Shown here piece by piece: positions 36,996 to 51,667 of a stretch of DNA of 64,000 nucleotides (position 1 is the first letter of the stretch; each line of letters opens with the position of its first letter). The stretch is from Gracilinanus agilis (lineage: Eukaryota), in NCBI RefSeq assembly GCF_016433145.1, contig NC_058131.1, positions 353,330,338 to 353,394,337 of the forward strand. Reading direction: 5' to 3'. The position numbers were made by a program, and so were the translations under genes. Below the pieces are notes generated by a model, which saw only the letters and a list, made by a program, of their open reading frames with translations, made no database searches and was not told the origin of the DNA.

Positions 36996-38908
36996 CTGAA
37001 AAGGGAGAAAATAGTTGTGCAGCATTACAACAGGCATAGAGGAGATATAAGATGGCTCAGTAACCTCCCCAGTCTGAAGCTTTCCTAACCAATGGGGGAG
37101 TGGGGGTGGGGGAGGGAATGGGGACACAGACACACATTAAATGGGGGGACACCCGAACATGCCCCACACATTAAAAAAAAAATCACTTTGTCCTTCAGAG
37201 ACACAGATTCCTTGTTTACACAAGAAAAACTATTTTCACTCAGAGTTGAAAGGAATAGTTAACAAAAAAGGGAGGACTGATCCCAGTAAACATGGATGTA
37301 ATTGAGAAATACATCTGTTCTGGAAGAACTGCAGGAAATAAAAATTACCAATGCATCTTGTGGCTCTTTGTTTAGCTACCATAGGAACAGAAAAATTAAA
37401 TACATATTTGGTAGGAAAGACTCATTCTTGTTCACATGCTAAATAGCCTTATCTAAGGTTCTTGAAAAAAGAGCTGAGTTGTTTATCCTAATCTTTCTTG
37501 CATTCATGGCTCAGAGGTGCTCCCTCTAAAAGGTAGAAAATCCCTTACTCATGCCTTTTCTGCCCAGAGTGCCACAAACGCTCTCCCTCCGCCACTAAAA
37601 TGGCATACCCCAGGCCTTCACATCCACACTGTACATGCTCATTTCACCAATGCCAAAACTATTTACAAAGATTTCAAAGTCAGCACCTTAAAAACGACTG
37701 GCAGAAAAATAGATACATGTTCCTCTCCACCACAGTGTACATTAAGTAAGAACCACTTCCAAAGAGCATCAAATTCTCTAGGACTGTGATTGGGGTCTCA
37801 TTCCTTAAGAACATCTAACAACTATTCCAAAATCTTAAGGCTAGAAGGGAATGCCAGTTCTTCTGATACAATCTGATGACTAAAGAGATGATATTCCAGG
37901 AAAGTAATCATTCAGCTACCTCACAAAGACCTCTAAGGAAGACCAATCATTATATCTTCCCTTAAAATAGTCAAAATTATGCTTTTGTACAGCTTTCTTT
38001 AAAACAAACAAAACAAACAAACAAACACCCCTTATCTGTAGTCTTAGAATTGATACTTAGTATTGGTTCCAAGGCAGAAAAGTGGTAAGGGGGTTAAGTG
38101 ATTTGCCCAGTCACACAGTTAAAAGGTGTCTGAAGTCAGGTTTGAATCCAAGACATCCTGTCTCCATGCCTGGTTCTCTATCTATTGAGCCATCTAGTTG
38201 CCCCTACCCTTCTTTTTTTAAATTTTAATTAATTTAGAATATTTTCCCATGGTTAAATGATTAACCTCCCCTCTCCCTTCCCTGAGCTGATAAGAAATTC
38301 CACTGGGTTTTACGTGTATAATTGAGAATGACCATTTAAAGTAAAAATCCCTCATCATATACCCATCGAACCACATAATCGATCATGTTTTTCTTCTGCA
38401 GTTCTACTCCCCAAGTAGTAGTATTTTCATAGATGCAGATGCTACTATTTCCTCTGGGTGTCCTCTCCCTCTCCCTCCCCTAAACACCTCCTTATCTCCT
38501 TTCTTAGAATCAATACTAAGCATCAGTTCCAAGGCAGATAATCCCTAAGGAGTAGGCAAAGGAGGCTAAGTGATTTGCCTAGGGGCACACAGCTAGAAAT
38601 GGGTGAATCCAAACTTGAACCCAGGACCTCCAATCTCCAGGCCTAGTTCTCTATCCATTGATATATCCACCTAGCTACCCCATCTTCCTTTTATCTTAAC
38701 AAAGAAGAATTTCAGATATGGTGAGATATTTTCATGGGTTAAGTGATAATGTAAATTTCAGCTAACCAAGCCACACTTCTCTCCTCTTCTAGAAAGTCTT
38801 ACTTGGGAAGGCAATCCTTCATATATTCTCAGTCTGTGGCAAATATGAGATCTTAGAGGTGGATTCAGTTCTAGGTAGTCAAGAAGACAAGTTATTGGTG
38901 GTACTAAC

Positions 38909-39113
38909 CTGCAGGTCTTTTTGTCAAATTCAGGCAGTCAGCATGATAGACTTTGGGGCAACCTGGTTTCTTGCAGGATACGAGTTGCCCTGCATCCCCA
39001 CAGCTGAAACATTCATCCTCTCGCTCCTTTGTAATCTCACCCTGGGATCGGCGCTTTACCTGTTGTCTTCGTTTTAGTTTCTTGGATTTCTCTTCTGTGG
39101 GATTAGGATGATT
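38909..39113 (-). CDS. NSD1: NSD1 exon (PHD5; human exon 22 equivalent)
   Basis: NHPNPTEEKSKKLKRRQQVKRRSQGEITKEREDECFSCGDAGQLVSCKKPGCPKVYHADCLNLTKRPA(G); 205 nt. Confidence 0.96.
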
Positions 39114-40473
39114 CTGTGGGAAGGAGATTTGTCAATCAACACAACTATTTTGTTTTATTCTTGACATTTCTTAACTTCTCCAACTGACATGAAAAGGAAA
39201 GGAAAAAAGGATGTTTAAAACAGGTCTGAAGCCAGAGCAATCTGAACAAGACACTCAATTCCAATATTTTCAAGTGACCAATTTAAAAATCTATATTAAC
39301 TGAAACAGTATATTACCAAAAGAACCCCCCCCCCCAAAAAAGCCTCTTTACATTCTGTCTTAGTAACAACTCTAAGACAGAATAGCAAGGGCTAAGCAAA
39401 TGGGGTTAAGTAGCTTGTCCATGGTCACACACCTAGGAAGAGTCTGAGGCCAGATTTGAACCTAGATCCTGCCAACTCCAAGCCTGTGACTCTATCCACT
39501 GGGCTACCTAGCTGCCCTAAAAGAACACTCCCCAAAATCATGAGAGCCAAAACAAACAAACAAACAAATAAATAAATAAATGAATGATCATGAGAGTAAG
39601 AATTCTCATTCACAGTAGCCTTCCATGAAACAAGTAGTCCAAGGATAATTCTTAAACATATGAAAAACATATATTTATATATAAAAAAAGGGCTGAACAT
39701 TAAAATTTTCTCTCTCATGCATCTAAAACAGCTTTTGATTTTATCCATTTTATTTCTTGCCAGTGCCACTGTTAATTTCTCACTTACATTTTAAATACTA
39801 ACCTCTTGGGCAGCAAAAATCCAAGTAGGTGTTTTTTTGCTGTAGACAAAATGGAAAATTCAGCAGGAAGAATTATCTATCTAACTTAGCATTTGTTCTC
39901 TTGTGTCAAGATGCTGAGAATTCAAATGAGCTTAGAGAAAGTAGATGATGATGTGGAATTGGGAAGCAGTAACAAAGGAGGTGATCATATTTTTTACCAA
40001 CCATGTTAGAAGTCAGAAAAAAAAACCAACAACTCAAATGTTGTTAGGTCCTATATGGCCTATGTTTCAGTTATTAAGAGAAGAGGTTCAGAGGGTAGCT
40101 AGGTGGCTAAGTGGATGGAGAGCCAGGCCTAGAGATAGGAGGACCTGGGTTCAAATCTGATCTCAGACACTTCCCAGCTGTGTGACCCTGGGCAAGTCAC
40201 TTGACCCCCATTGCCTGGCCCTTACCACTCTTCTGCCTTGGAACCAATACACAGTATTGATTCTAAAATGGAAGTAAGGGAGAAAAGGAGTGGAGAGAGG
40301 AGAGGAGAGAGAGGGAGAGGGAGAGGGAGAGAGAGACAGAGCGAGAGAGATTGTGATTCAATCAACATCAGAATGCTTTAGTGAACAGCTAAGGTTGACA
40401 ACTCCAGGCAAAAATATCTTTTCTCCAAGAAAATCACTATTACCAACACTGAAAATGTGCCAGGATGAAGTAC

Positions 40474-40580
40474 CTTTGGCCGAACACCCAAGAAACCACT
40501 GCAGTTTGGTGCTCCACATTTGCAAACAGTTTTTCCATTCCCTAGACACTCTAGATTGTAGTTGAAGGTAAGTTCAGTGC
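40474..40580 (-). CDS. NSD1: NSD1 exon (SET end/post-SET; exon 21 equivalent)
   Basis: (G)[35 protein letters not shown]; 107 nt. Confidence 0.96.
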
Positions 40581-42407
40581 CTGAAAAGGAAAAAATATGA
40601 ATAAAATGACATTGTATTACTCCTTGTTACCTGTCAGGAATACCTGCTAACGGAAAAGAGCATTTTCATTAAAAAGGGGTTATTGGTTTCAAAGGGAATA
40701 GGCTAAAAATGAGACTTAGAAATAACTTTAAGGGCAGATAGCTTTGGGAATCTACAGCTTGGGAAAGCACATACAAATAACAAAAGTCCTTTGATCTCAA
40801 CAACATATGATAGTAGCATGATATAGGGACAAGAGAACCAAAAAAAACAAGGAAAGAGAACACTTTTAACTCTAACAGGGGTGTTGGAAGGAGGAGTGCT
40901 TCATGGCAGAAGGAAAAATGAAACATCCTTGAAAAAAATGCAGAGAGGTAGGAGATGGCATGTCCAAGTTCTAGGAATAGATGGTAGTCTAGTTTGCCTA
41001 TAATGTAAAGTACCTGAACAACAATAACAAACAGACAACTGAATAGCTATGTGAAATACATAAAGAAATAAAGGGAGGGGATCTCATTTCATAGCCATGA
41101 TCCCATGAAGTATGTAATAGAGAAAAAGAATAATGTAAAAATCAGCTGCAAGGCTAGAGTTATATCGAAGAACTTAAATGCTAGACTAAGCGGCAAACAC
41201 TGAAAGCTTTTGAGCAGGGATGTGACAATTATACCTCTGCTTCAGAAATTTATTTTTGTAAATTTTTGTAAAAAAAAAAAAAAAAAAGTTGTGCAAAATA
41301 TGGGCTGAAGAGACCAGAGGCAAGGAAATAGGTCTGAAAGTTGCTATAATAGTGTATATGAGAAGTAATGAGGACCTGAACTAAAGTGGTGACAAAGGTG
41401 AGTGGGCATAAATTGTGGGAACTGAATTTGTAAGACTGAATGGATGTCAGTGGGAAGTTTCACATCTGGGTGATTGAAAAGAGGGCAATGCCCTTGAAAG
41501 AAATAAAGAAATAAAGAAATAAAGAAATGGATAGGGTGTTTTGGGGTGTGGGAAAGTTTGGAGAGGTGAGGAGATAGGGTTTAGTTCAAGATATTAGGCT
41601 TGAAGTTATAAGAACAAAATGGTCAGAATGACTCAAGGACCAATAAATGCATTCTTGTAAATAATCTTTTGCTTTAATTTCAATGTTTTCCATGAGTACA
41701 ATTATTTTACCTCCTTCACCACAGAGTAATAAAGAAACATTCCTTTGAAGAATCATATGTGCCTTCTAGAATGCTCTGCACAAAATTTACGACTCATTTA
41801 CTGGACAAACTATTTCTCTCTAGGGAAGGTACTGCCAACCCAAGATAAAAGACATGGTAGCATAACTAGAAATTTGGGAAGTATTATGAATTTGTGAGGA
41901 AATGAATATCCCATCTTGTGGAGAAAAATAAAAATCAAGTTCTTAATGAAATGTCAATAGGTTAACACTGAATAAATGAACTTTGCCCTTCTGACTTTGT
42001 TTTTTATTCTGACTACTGCTTTTTATTGCCAATAAAGATTGAGCAAAGGGCAAACCTAGTCTTTTTTCCTCAGAATTCTTGCACAAAATTTCCTAACTAG
42101 TCGAGGTTGAATGAACTTGATGACAGCACATTTGTTGAAGGAACTCTTTCTAAGGAGACCATTAAGAACAGAGATATGGGTAGGCCACAATTTAGATTCA
42201 TTTTTCCCCCCTGGCATTAATATGAGCCATAAAATAACTGTACTAGAAAAATGTAACTTGCCGTGTATACCTGAAATTCAAGTCATTCTTGCTACTATAT
42301 ACAATATGAATTGTATTCATTTCCAACAATTAAGTAAGCTCAAATTAGTTACTCAAGGATGGACACTCTTGTATTTATTAAAAACCACTTAAAGGCTATT
42401 TTCTTAC

Positions 42408-42549
42408 CTGCTTTGATGTCACTTAGGGCAAAAAGCCCAACCCGGGTATCTCCATTCACAGACCACTTCTGAGTTTCACAGTTGGGCTGGCAGCAGTGAT
42501 TCATAAACCGAGCATAATTTCCTTTGGGGCCAGCATCAATAATCCGGTC
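42408..42549 (-). CDS. NSD1: NSD1 exon (SET; exon 20 equivalent)
   Basis: [47 protein letters not shown](G); 142 nt; RFMNH catalytic motif. Confidence 0.97.
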
Positions 42550-44253
42550 CTGCAATCAGTTAAAAACAAAAACTATTTTATTCATAGTTTAATTTTTAAA
42601 ATTATTTTAAAGAGAAATATTGCACTACCTCCTTATATTTGAAGCAAATAATGGTAACAATAGCTCATGTTTATACTGCACTTGAGTTTTCTAACCATGA
42701 GACAAACACAGACACAGACACGCACAGGATGAAGGAATGAAGTGACTGATCCAGGGTCACATAGCTAGAAAGTGTCAGGCTAGGGGTTTGAACCTATACT
42801 TTCTAGATAATGATGTTATCACCATTTGTATATAAATAAACCTCATTTGCCATTACTCTCTGCATATATTCTTTTGTGCTAGACATGATGTTTGTGTCTA
42901 TAACACAAATATGTGCAGGAGCTTATTTCTGAATGGTCTGTCCCAGAAGGATGAAGCTTTTTGATCATAACACTTTTATAACCATATATTCAAGCATTTA
43001 ATAGTTGAGATCTGCATCACTGAGGGGGAATGATATTTCAAATGATTTTTTTAAGTATCAAAAAGGGAAAATTAGTCAAAAGCCTAATTGACTCTGCACA
43101 TATCTGTACAGGGCAGACACATACAGACTGAACTACATGCATAAAATATTAGTTTAAAATGCAACATTTTTTATTTAATGATATTCATGGGATATAAAAT
43201 TACTTGGACTATGCATTTACAAATGTATTTCTAACTACTGCTTCTTTTAAAAATAAATTAATTTGGGGGCAGTTGGGTAGCACAGTGGATAGAGCACCAA
43301 GTCTGGAGTACGGAGGACCTGAGTTCAAATCTTAGAATTGATATTAAGACAGGTTAGATTTTTTTTTTTTAACTTAACAAAATCTGTCTACTCTCCCCTC
43401 TAACAAGCCCCCACAACTAAAAAAGAAAGGAAAACAAAGCTCTTGTAACAAATATATTTGGTCAAACAAAACAAATTTTTGCAATGTCTGTGTCCCCTCA
43501 CCCCAACCTCCTCAAAAAGTGAGACCAAATTTCTTGTGAAATTCTCCCAAATCTATTTCTATTTAGGTTAAAAAAAGAGTTGCAAGCAGAACACAAACGG
43601 GAAAAAAGAGACTTCTGAAAAAAAGTAAAATAGCTTCCCTTTTCTGATCGAACCAAACACAGTTCATGCACTTTGCACACCTTCAAAAGCACTAAGTAAT
43701 TGTTTTAGATATTATTAAGATATCACAAGACAGATTTAGAGGTGGAAGGGACTTAAGGATGGCTAAGAATGATATGTAAAAAGACATTTTCACAGTAATT
43801 GATCTCGAATTGTACTATAAAGCAAAAATCATTTCAACAGTCTGGTAACTTCAATAGTCAACTGTGAAATCTTGGCTACTCTCAGCAATGCAATGATTGG
43901 GACAATCTTAAAATTAAAAGACTTATGATGGGGAATGCTATCCACCTCTAGAGAAAGAACTATTGGGAGTTGGATGGGTGCAGATCAAAGTATACTATCT
44001 TTCAAAATCAGTGTAGTTACAGTTTTATTTTAATATTTTGGTTTTGTATGAGTGTGCTCTTACCTGAATGACCAATATGGAAGTGTTTTATGTGATAATA
44101 AAAATTAAAAACAAAACAAAAAACAGTGTGGCACTGGCTAAGAAAAAAGAACGGAAGATCAATGGCATAGATTATAGGGGTGAATGACCATAAGCAACCT
44201 AATGTTTGAGAAACATGAAGATTTCAAACTGCTGGGAAAATCAGACAACAGTG

Positions 44254-44600
44254 TGTTATTTGGAATTTTATGGGTTCCACTGAGAGGTATTTGGGGCTCA
44301 TTTGAGTTTTAAATATTTAGTTATATGACAAACTTCCTGTGGATGTTTAGGGGGTTTGGAAACTACATTTCCCATGATTCCTCTTGTAATGCAGGTAGAT
44401 AGGAAGTGAGATTATGTAACAATAATAGAAAATTCCTGGGGTGATTAGAGGCGGTCTCTTTTGGTACCTGCGTTCTTTTGGCACGTGGGAGAGGTGGAGA
44501 GAAGGTATGGCTGGGAACTTGAATTAGATCTTAGCAGGCGCGTGGTCATCTTATATTTTACCAAATGGCCTTAATTAAAATATTAATACTCTCTCTTCCA
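44254..44600 (+). mobile_element. Solo LTR, same family as 13661-14017
   Basis: Starts tgttatttggaa; shared blocks with reverse complement of the 13.7 kb copy; right end degenerate. Confidence 0.65.
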
Positions 44601-45292
44601 TTCCCCTCTTATCTCTAACTATTGTAGTTAGAAGACCTTTGTGGGTATAAGATGATTATGTAAAATGATCACTTGGGGTGACTAGGTACCCAAGGATCAT
44701 CAGGGGGGATTGCCATCAGAAATAATGTCACCCAATTAGTAAAATACATAATACAGTCCCTGCGATATAGCAGATACTTGGAAAATGCTATTAGTATTAT
44801 TTTTGTTGTCATCATAACTTTAATTAGTTCCTTTGCTACTTGAATGAAATTTTCTAAGTTAATCACCATTTCATCTGCATATGATGATAATTATGAAATC
44901 TCTGCCAATGTTTTAAATATTTTGTTTATTTTTCTACATTTATTTCTTTAGCTAGCTCTCCTAGAGCTCTGGCCCATACTGGATGGAGAAGTAAGAGAAT
45001 ATCCACATTTTAACTCTGTACTTGGAGGAAAAGTTTAATGTTTTTAGATAATTCAGATAATATCAGCTTTTATATTAGACATATACTTATTTTGTATTAC
45101 TGAAATTTCTTTCTATGCTTATTCTCAAAATTCATAAATTCTTATTTTCTCAGATTTTAATATATATTCATAGTTAAGTGGTTTAAATTGTTTTTATCAT
45201 TATTGAGAATTATCAATTATCAATAATAATTAGTGCTGTTATATCAATAAATATTCCAAATATCCTAAAAAAAAAAAAAAAGAAAGAAAGAA

Positions 45293-45881
45293 TGTCACCC
45301 CATCCAACTTAGAATTAAGTGGGGAGGGGAAGATTAGTTACCCACATGTAACAATAAGTAACAAATCAAGATCAAGGGACTGCCCGAAACAGTGTTGAGG
45401 CTGCCATTTGTCCACTTGAAATTGAAGGTGGATGCAGGAAGTGACAAAAGATGCTATATTTTAAATATGACGGTAACTTCCTGTGGAGGCAGTTGGCGCT
45501 TTGAACTTGGTATAGAAGGATCTCTGGCGAGACCTCAGACAGCCTCCCTCTGAATTGTCATGTAGGTAAGTTAGGCTGACTTCTTTTCTCCTCCCTTGGC
45601 GTTTCTGGAGGCTCTATGTAGACCTCAAGTGGCCTCTCTTGCCTCTGTAATTGTAAAAGGCCTTGTGGCTAGAAGCCTTGTTTAATGAACCTCTGTGCTC
45701 CTTTGCTGGGACCTCTAAATACTTATCTGGTCGGGGCCAGAGTTTCTCTCTCTCTATTTCCCTACCTTCAACCTTCCTAATTGTAAATAAACTTCCTGAC
45801 TTGGTTCCATTTTTTTATTTGAAATCAAGTTAATCCGATTTCTGGCGACTATACCTTAAATATCTAGTTTCCCCTCTTACA
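45293..45881 (+). mobile_element. Solo ERV-type LTR (589 bp)
   Basis: TGT...ACA ends, TATA-like tatattttaaata, AATAAA 45786-45791, internal donor GTAAGT 45566-45571, ETS cores. Confidence 0.6.
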
Positions 45882-46373
45882 ACAATAAGGCAGAAACTAG
45901 GCATAGTCAAATATCTCATACCCTATATATCAAAATAAGGTGAACATAGAATAGTTGATTTGGCAGATCTATGGAGAAGAGAAGAATTTATGACCAAACA
46001 AGAGATAGAGAATTACAAAATATAAAATGAAATAGCTATCTTTAGCAATATAATCATCCAAGACAATTCTAAAGGACTTATGACAAAGAAAACTATTCAC
46101 CTCCAGAGAAAGAACTGTTGGAGGAATCAGATGGAGATCAAAGGATACTATTTTTCACATTAATTTATTTAAGGATATTGTTATATTTTGGGGGTTCTGT
46201 TTTTATATTAGTATTGTCTTTTAATAATGATCAACATGGAAGTATGTTTTGCATGATAATACATGTATAACCCAGATCAAATTGCTTACCATCTTCAAAA
46301 GGGGGGAGTGAAGTGTTGTATAACATATAATTGAGAAAACATCTTTGATGAAAAAGACATTTTCTGTACTTAC

Positions 46374-46490
46374 CTTATCCAAAGTGAGCATGTAGAAATT
46401 GGTGATGTCATGTTCTTGGGCATAACGGATTCGGGCCCTACACTCCTCTTCATCTATTAATTCTCCCACATACTCATTTACAAATTCGCC
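46374..46490 (-). CDS. NSD1: NSD1 exon (SET; exon 19 equivalent)
   Basis: [39 protein letters not shown]; 117 nt. Confidence 0.97.
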
Positions 46491-48229
46491 CTGTAAAAAA
46501 AAAAAAAAAAAGGAACTATCCTTAAGGGCAGGAAAGTGCACAAAAACTTACCTGTGATTCTCTTTAAAGGCTTACCTTGCACTAAGAAAATAAGATAACC
46601 AGGTGGCATCTTCTTAATAAGAGTATGTGGGCACAGCACATTAAGTGTGTACTAACTGGTTCTTAACTGACTCAGGCAGGTTTTGAGCCAAGAGTTTTAC
46701 ACCCTCTCACATACTTTCCATGGATTTTGAAATTATTGGAAAGGTAAAAGCCACAGTTTAACTTCTTTCATATCTCCACCAAACACAAAAGTGCTTTTCA
46801 TGTCAACAACTGGTTCCATCTGCAGCTTCTTTTATTCACTTAGTCTAGGCTCTAAAATGTTTTCTTCAAACCTCTCTTATTTTCCTTTATGCTGAGAGGA
46901 TGAAGAGGGACATCTCTTTGAGAAAGTTAACCCTTCCATTTGGGTCATCAAATCCTCTAGAACCACATGAGTGCCATTCATTTGTGTGTACTCTTAGACA
47001 ATTTTGTAACAGTTCAGGCACAAGATTTTGAAAGTCTAACCTAAGACAAAACAAACAAAAAAACCCAAAAGTATTCTCGAGATTACCAAGAGTTAAAATT
47101 ATCTTTTGATGGTAATGTCTTCATTCTTTCATTTAAGTGTATGTATACCTCTAGATTTTTTTCTTGGCTTCTAAGCTCTCAATATAGATGAAAATCTGAC
47201 AGTTCAAATTCAGATTATCTGTTTCCCTATGTTCTAATTTTTGTTGATAAAACCACCAGTTAAATAATCACTTTAAGAATTAAGTATCATATTATAAGAA
47301 ATGTTTTACCTATTCCTTCCCCATCATGACTTGTCAAAACCAACAAATTTCAATTACATGTCTCATATACCCTCTATCATTTCCTTTCTACTTTGTCAGC
47401 AACCATCTTGGCACTCAATGCCAGGACAAGATAAGAATCTTCTAGATATATGTATCCCTTCTATATCTTGCCTTTCCCCATCATGGTTTATGAGATATTG
47501 CAGGTCAGCTCAAGAAATTAAATGGGAATTTTGGGGATGTTTTGTAGAAGCTGCAGAATAAAAAATTAGTCTGGGAAAAGAATGTGAAAGTCAGCAGAAG
47601 ATTTAACAAAGGCTAGAAATGTTAATATTTTCTCATATAAAGCCTATGTGCAAATATTTAAGCCAAGTTTTACAATAAGGTACTGCAAACACCCCATAAA
47701 AGAAGAAACAATAAATAAAAGAAGAAAAAAAACCAGACTTCTTGGTATAAAGGGAGAGCCAAAAAGCAGATTTTCCATATTGTGGGGCACTCTGCTTCTA
47801 AATCCCCTAGATGTGAAGTCTATCAGCTTCTAATCTTAGGTTTTTCTACTCTAGCCTATCCTGTACATAAAAGGTACTTAAAATTACAATTATAGTCATG
47901 GTTCCATTTAAATAAAGAAATGAAAATTCCTTTATCTAATCAGAATCTATCCTTTCCCTCTTAACTAAAAAACAAGCAAACAAATAAACAAGGCCTTTAC
48001 TTTTTGTCTTAGTAGCAATCCTTTTTTTTTTTTTTTTTAACTCTTTATTTTCTGTCTTATAATCAATACTGTACATTGGTTCCTAGGCAGAAAAGTGGCA
48101 AGGGTCAGACAATGGGGGTTAAGTGACTTGCCCAGGACTACACAGACAAATGTGTCTGAGGCCACATTTGAACCCAGATTTTCCCAACTCCAGGCCTGTC
48201 GCTCTATCCACCAAGACATCTTAGCTGTC

Positions 48230-50830
48230 TCTACATCTGTCTTTATACCTTATTACCCCTAAATTTCTTCTCTGTCCATCTAGTGATATTCATGAATTCT
48301 ACCCCTCAGTATGTTGCCAGGACATTATCCTTGATCATCCTCTCTCCTTTAGTTAAGCAGTTCAACTCTTACACTATATTCCCCACAATTGAATTCCTTG
48401 TTCTTTTGTCCTATCACCAGTGACTCATGCCTCACCAAAATGCCAATACTAGATTAATTCCATTCTGTCTCATATATAACTAAATGCAAGACCTTGGGGG
48501 AAAGTCAATGAAACTCTAGTTTCTTCATCTGTAAAATAGTTAATAAAAGCACCTGGTACTTCATGGATTCTGAAACTCAAATCAAATAAGGTAACGTTAT
48601 ATAAAGCACTCTGCAAAACCTTATAAGTTCTCATTGTTAGCAGCTGTTGCTCTTGTTATTATCATCACCTACCTACCTTTTCTACTCCTACTCACATGCT
48701 CCTAAATAAAACTGGGAAAAAATGATGTATTAAAATGCACAAAGTCCATGACAAGTTTAAGTTCTCAAATATCAACAAGGTCCTTACGATTACAAAACAA
48801 TTATTTCTAATTAATTTTTTATCCTACCTTCTACAATGGACATTCCACACTTTCTCTCTTCTCCTCAGTCTCCCTATAGACTTATTTCTCTTTCTTTCAA
48901 CTCTCTCAACTTAGGACTTTGTCCTATACTTGACAGAAGAAACTGAGCCCATTTATTGTGAAAGTTCCCTCCTCTCACCATGCCTTAACACCTGCAGGCC
49001 CATTTCCTTCATTGACATAGCCCTTCTCAATGAGACCAATCTTGTTGCCATTCATTACAGACCTCTCTACCAAATTTTGCTCTGCATTATCATGACTCCT
49101 CTTCTGATCTCCTCTCTCTCCTTTTTTACCAATTCCTTAAGTGCCTACAAATAGGCCTGAACTTCCCCTTTTCCATCTCCAACAGATCTTGCCTTCCATA
49201 CAACTACTGTGCTTCACCTCCTTTTTCCTTTCCCACCTAAAGAACCTGAAAAAGCCATCTATACACAAGGCCTCGAAATCTTTTCCTCTGACTCTTCCAA
49301 ATACCTGGCTACTAATCTTATCAATCAGAAGCTGATCTCTCCAAAAGTCATCTTTGAATTTGAGAAATCTAATGTCCTTTTCTTGATCCTCATCTTTCTC
49401 TTGAGGTCTTAGCAGGATTCAATATGCTGACCACTACCCTCCTTTTCCTGTATCAAATCTCTTCTCTGGGTTTTGATGATAGTATTTGGTTTTCCTCCTA
49501 TCGGTCTAACCACTCCTCAGTCTCCTTAGCTAGAGCACCATCTATGTAAAGCCATGAACTAAGACTATTTTAGGAACTCATCTTTTGCTTGATATTCTTT
49601 CATTTAGTGACATTCCTGGCATCCAAGGATTTATTTATCACCTTTCTATAGATCACTTTTAGATGTGTAAATCCAGCCCAAGACTGCCCTTTAAACTCCA
49701 AACAAAAATTATCACTTAATAAATATTTCCTATAGAGCAGATATCTCATACACATCTTAAACTCAATGTGACCAAAACAGAACTTATCTTTCCCTGCAAA
49801 CACACTTCCCTATTTCTAGGTGGGGTCCAACTATCCTTCCAATCACTTAGGTGGACACACCTTTGGTGTTAACCAGAGTGACATAATGAGAACCTGAGCT
49901 GCAGTTAGAAAGATCCAAGAGTTCCAATGTTATCTGAATCACTTCCAAGCTGTCCCCCCCTTGGAAAGTAACCTCTCACTTTCAAAATTCTCATATATTA
50001 AATGGGGAACGATAAAAGAATCTGTCAAAGGATTGTTGTGAGGATGAAAAAAGAGAGTATATACAAAGTACTTTGAAAACTTCAGTGTTATATATGTTAG
50101 TTATTACTACTGTTACTATCCTTAATCCGTCTCAACATATCCAATAAATTACCAAATTTTTATAGACACGGCATCTCTCTAGTATGTTTCTTTCTCTGGG
50201 TTCACACAGCCTCCATCCTAGTTGATGCACTTAATCACCTCTCACCTAGATGATTACAAAAGTCTTTCTATGCTTTCTATTCTACTCCAACTGATTTCCT
50301 AAAATGTCAATGTGACCATGCTGTGTCTCTTCTCATCAAATGTCAACAGTTACTTCATTACTTCTAGGATCTAACCCTCTGTTGGTATTTAAAACTTGTA
50401 TTACAATCTGGTCCCTTCCTAAATTTCTAATTTTACATGTTATGCCTCTCCACTCTCTGCTTTACTTAGCCTGAGCTACTTGCTTCTCCACACAAAGGAT
50501 ACTCCATGGCCGATCTCCATGCCTTCACACTGGCTGCCCTAAAGATTTGGAAGCTGTTCCAGTACCTGTGCAGTCTGAAATCCCAACTATTCTTCAAGAT
50601 TCAGCTCAAATGCCACCTCCTACAAGAAGCCTTTTCTGGTCTCCCTATTGTTAACATCTTCCTCCTAAAGCTTCCTTGTATTTACTTTGTGAATATTCTG
50701 AATATAATTATTCTGTACATGTTATCTCTATGTGAGAGAATATGGGAATGTGTATTCTCTGAGGGAAAGGAGTGTCTCATTTAGTTGTCTTATCGCTGAT
50801 ATTTAGCACATAATAGGTGCTTGGTGACTA
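48230..50830 (+). mobile_element. Fragmented L2 LINE with embedded MIR pieces
   Basis: L2-type degenerate RT and 3' segments (aaactcaatgtgaccaaaacagaact; ttcaagattcagctcaaatgccacctcct; cacataataggtgctt). Confidence 0.55.
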
Positions 50831-51397
50831 ATTCTAATTTTTATTCTACATATAGGCATCCACATGGCTTCATTGTTACTAGACTTTTAAGAACCTGGAG
50901 AGCAAAGGAAATCTAAATTTTTACCCTTTTATCTGCCATTCCATAACCAAGATTGTTCACTTTATACTGCCGTCAATCAATGTTTGTTGAACTGAATCAC
51001 CACAGTGAATATTTTCTTCCTCTATACCAGAGGTATTAAACATGTGGGCCACAGGGTCCATGTGGTCTACAATACTCCTGAGAATGGTTCAAAAATTAAA
51101 ATGTAATTGGATATATTTAACAAAATTAATAGAAAAATAAAATAGGCATCTAATTGTGGTTTTCTAAGTCAATGTGGCCTGTAGGGATTCTTATTAATGC
51201 TTTAATGGCTGTATCTAATATATAGCATTAGATAAGCAAGTACTATCTGCCTGTTTACATACAGCATTTAGACTAATCTTAACTTTCACGGTGCTTCCAA
51301 GTGGAGAGAGAAAATGGAAACAGGTAAGTCTTGAGGGAAATTATGTTTCTTTTCCATTTCTAAGAAGATTCATGTAATTGTCAAAGACATCTTTTAC

Positions 51398-51667
51398 CTT
51401 TTTAATATCCATCTTTGTCCGTAAGCCCCAGCCTCGCTGTAATGTACGGAAGATTTCAACCTCAGGATACTGGCGTTTTGAGAAGCACTGGTTCTGGCAG
51501 CGTCCACCAGCAGGACAGACAGTGGGATGGCACTCGTATAAGAGCATGCGGTTAATACACTCTGAGTCAATGCCACAGGGGTTTTCATCTGAGGCTTTGC
51601 AGTTACATCGGGGAATTTCTGACAGGTCTGCAGTAAAGATCTGAACTCTGCCTATTGGACGATTAAC
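51398..51667 (-). CDS. NSD1: NSD1 exon (AWS + SET start; exon 18 equivalent)
   Basis: [90 protein letters not shown]; 270 nt. Confidence 0.97.
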
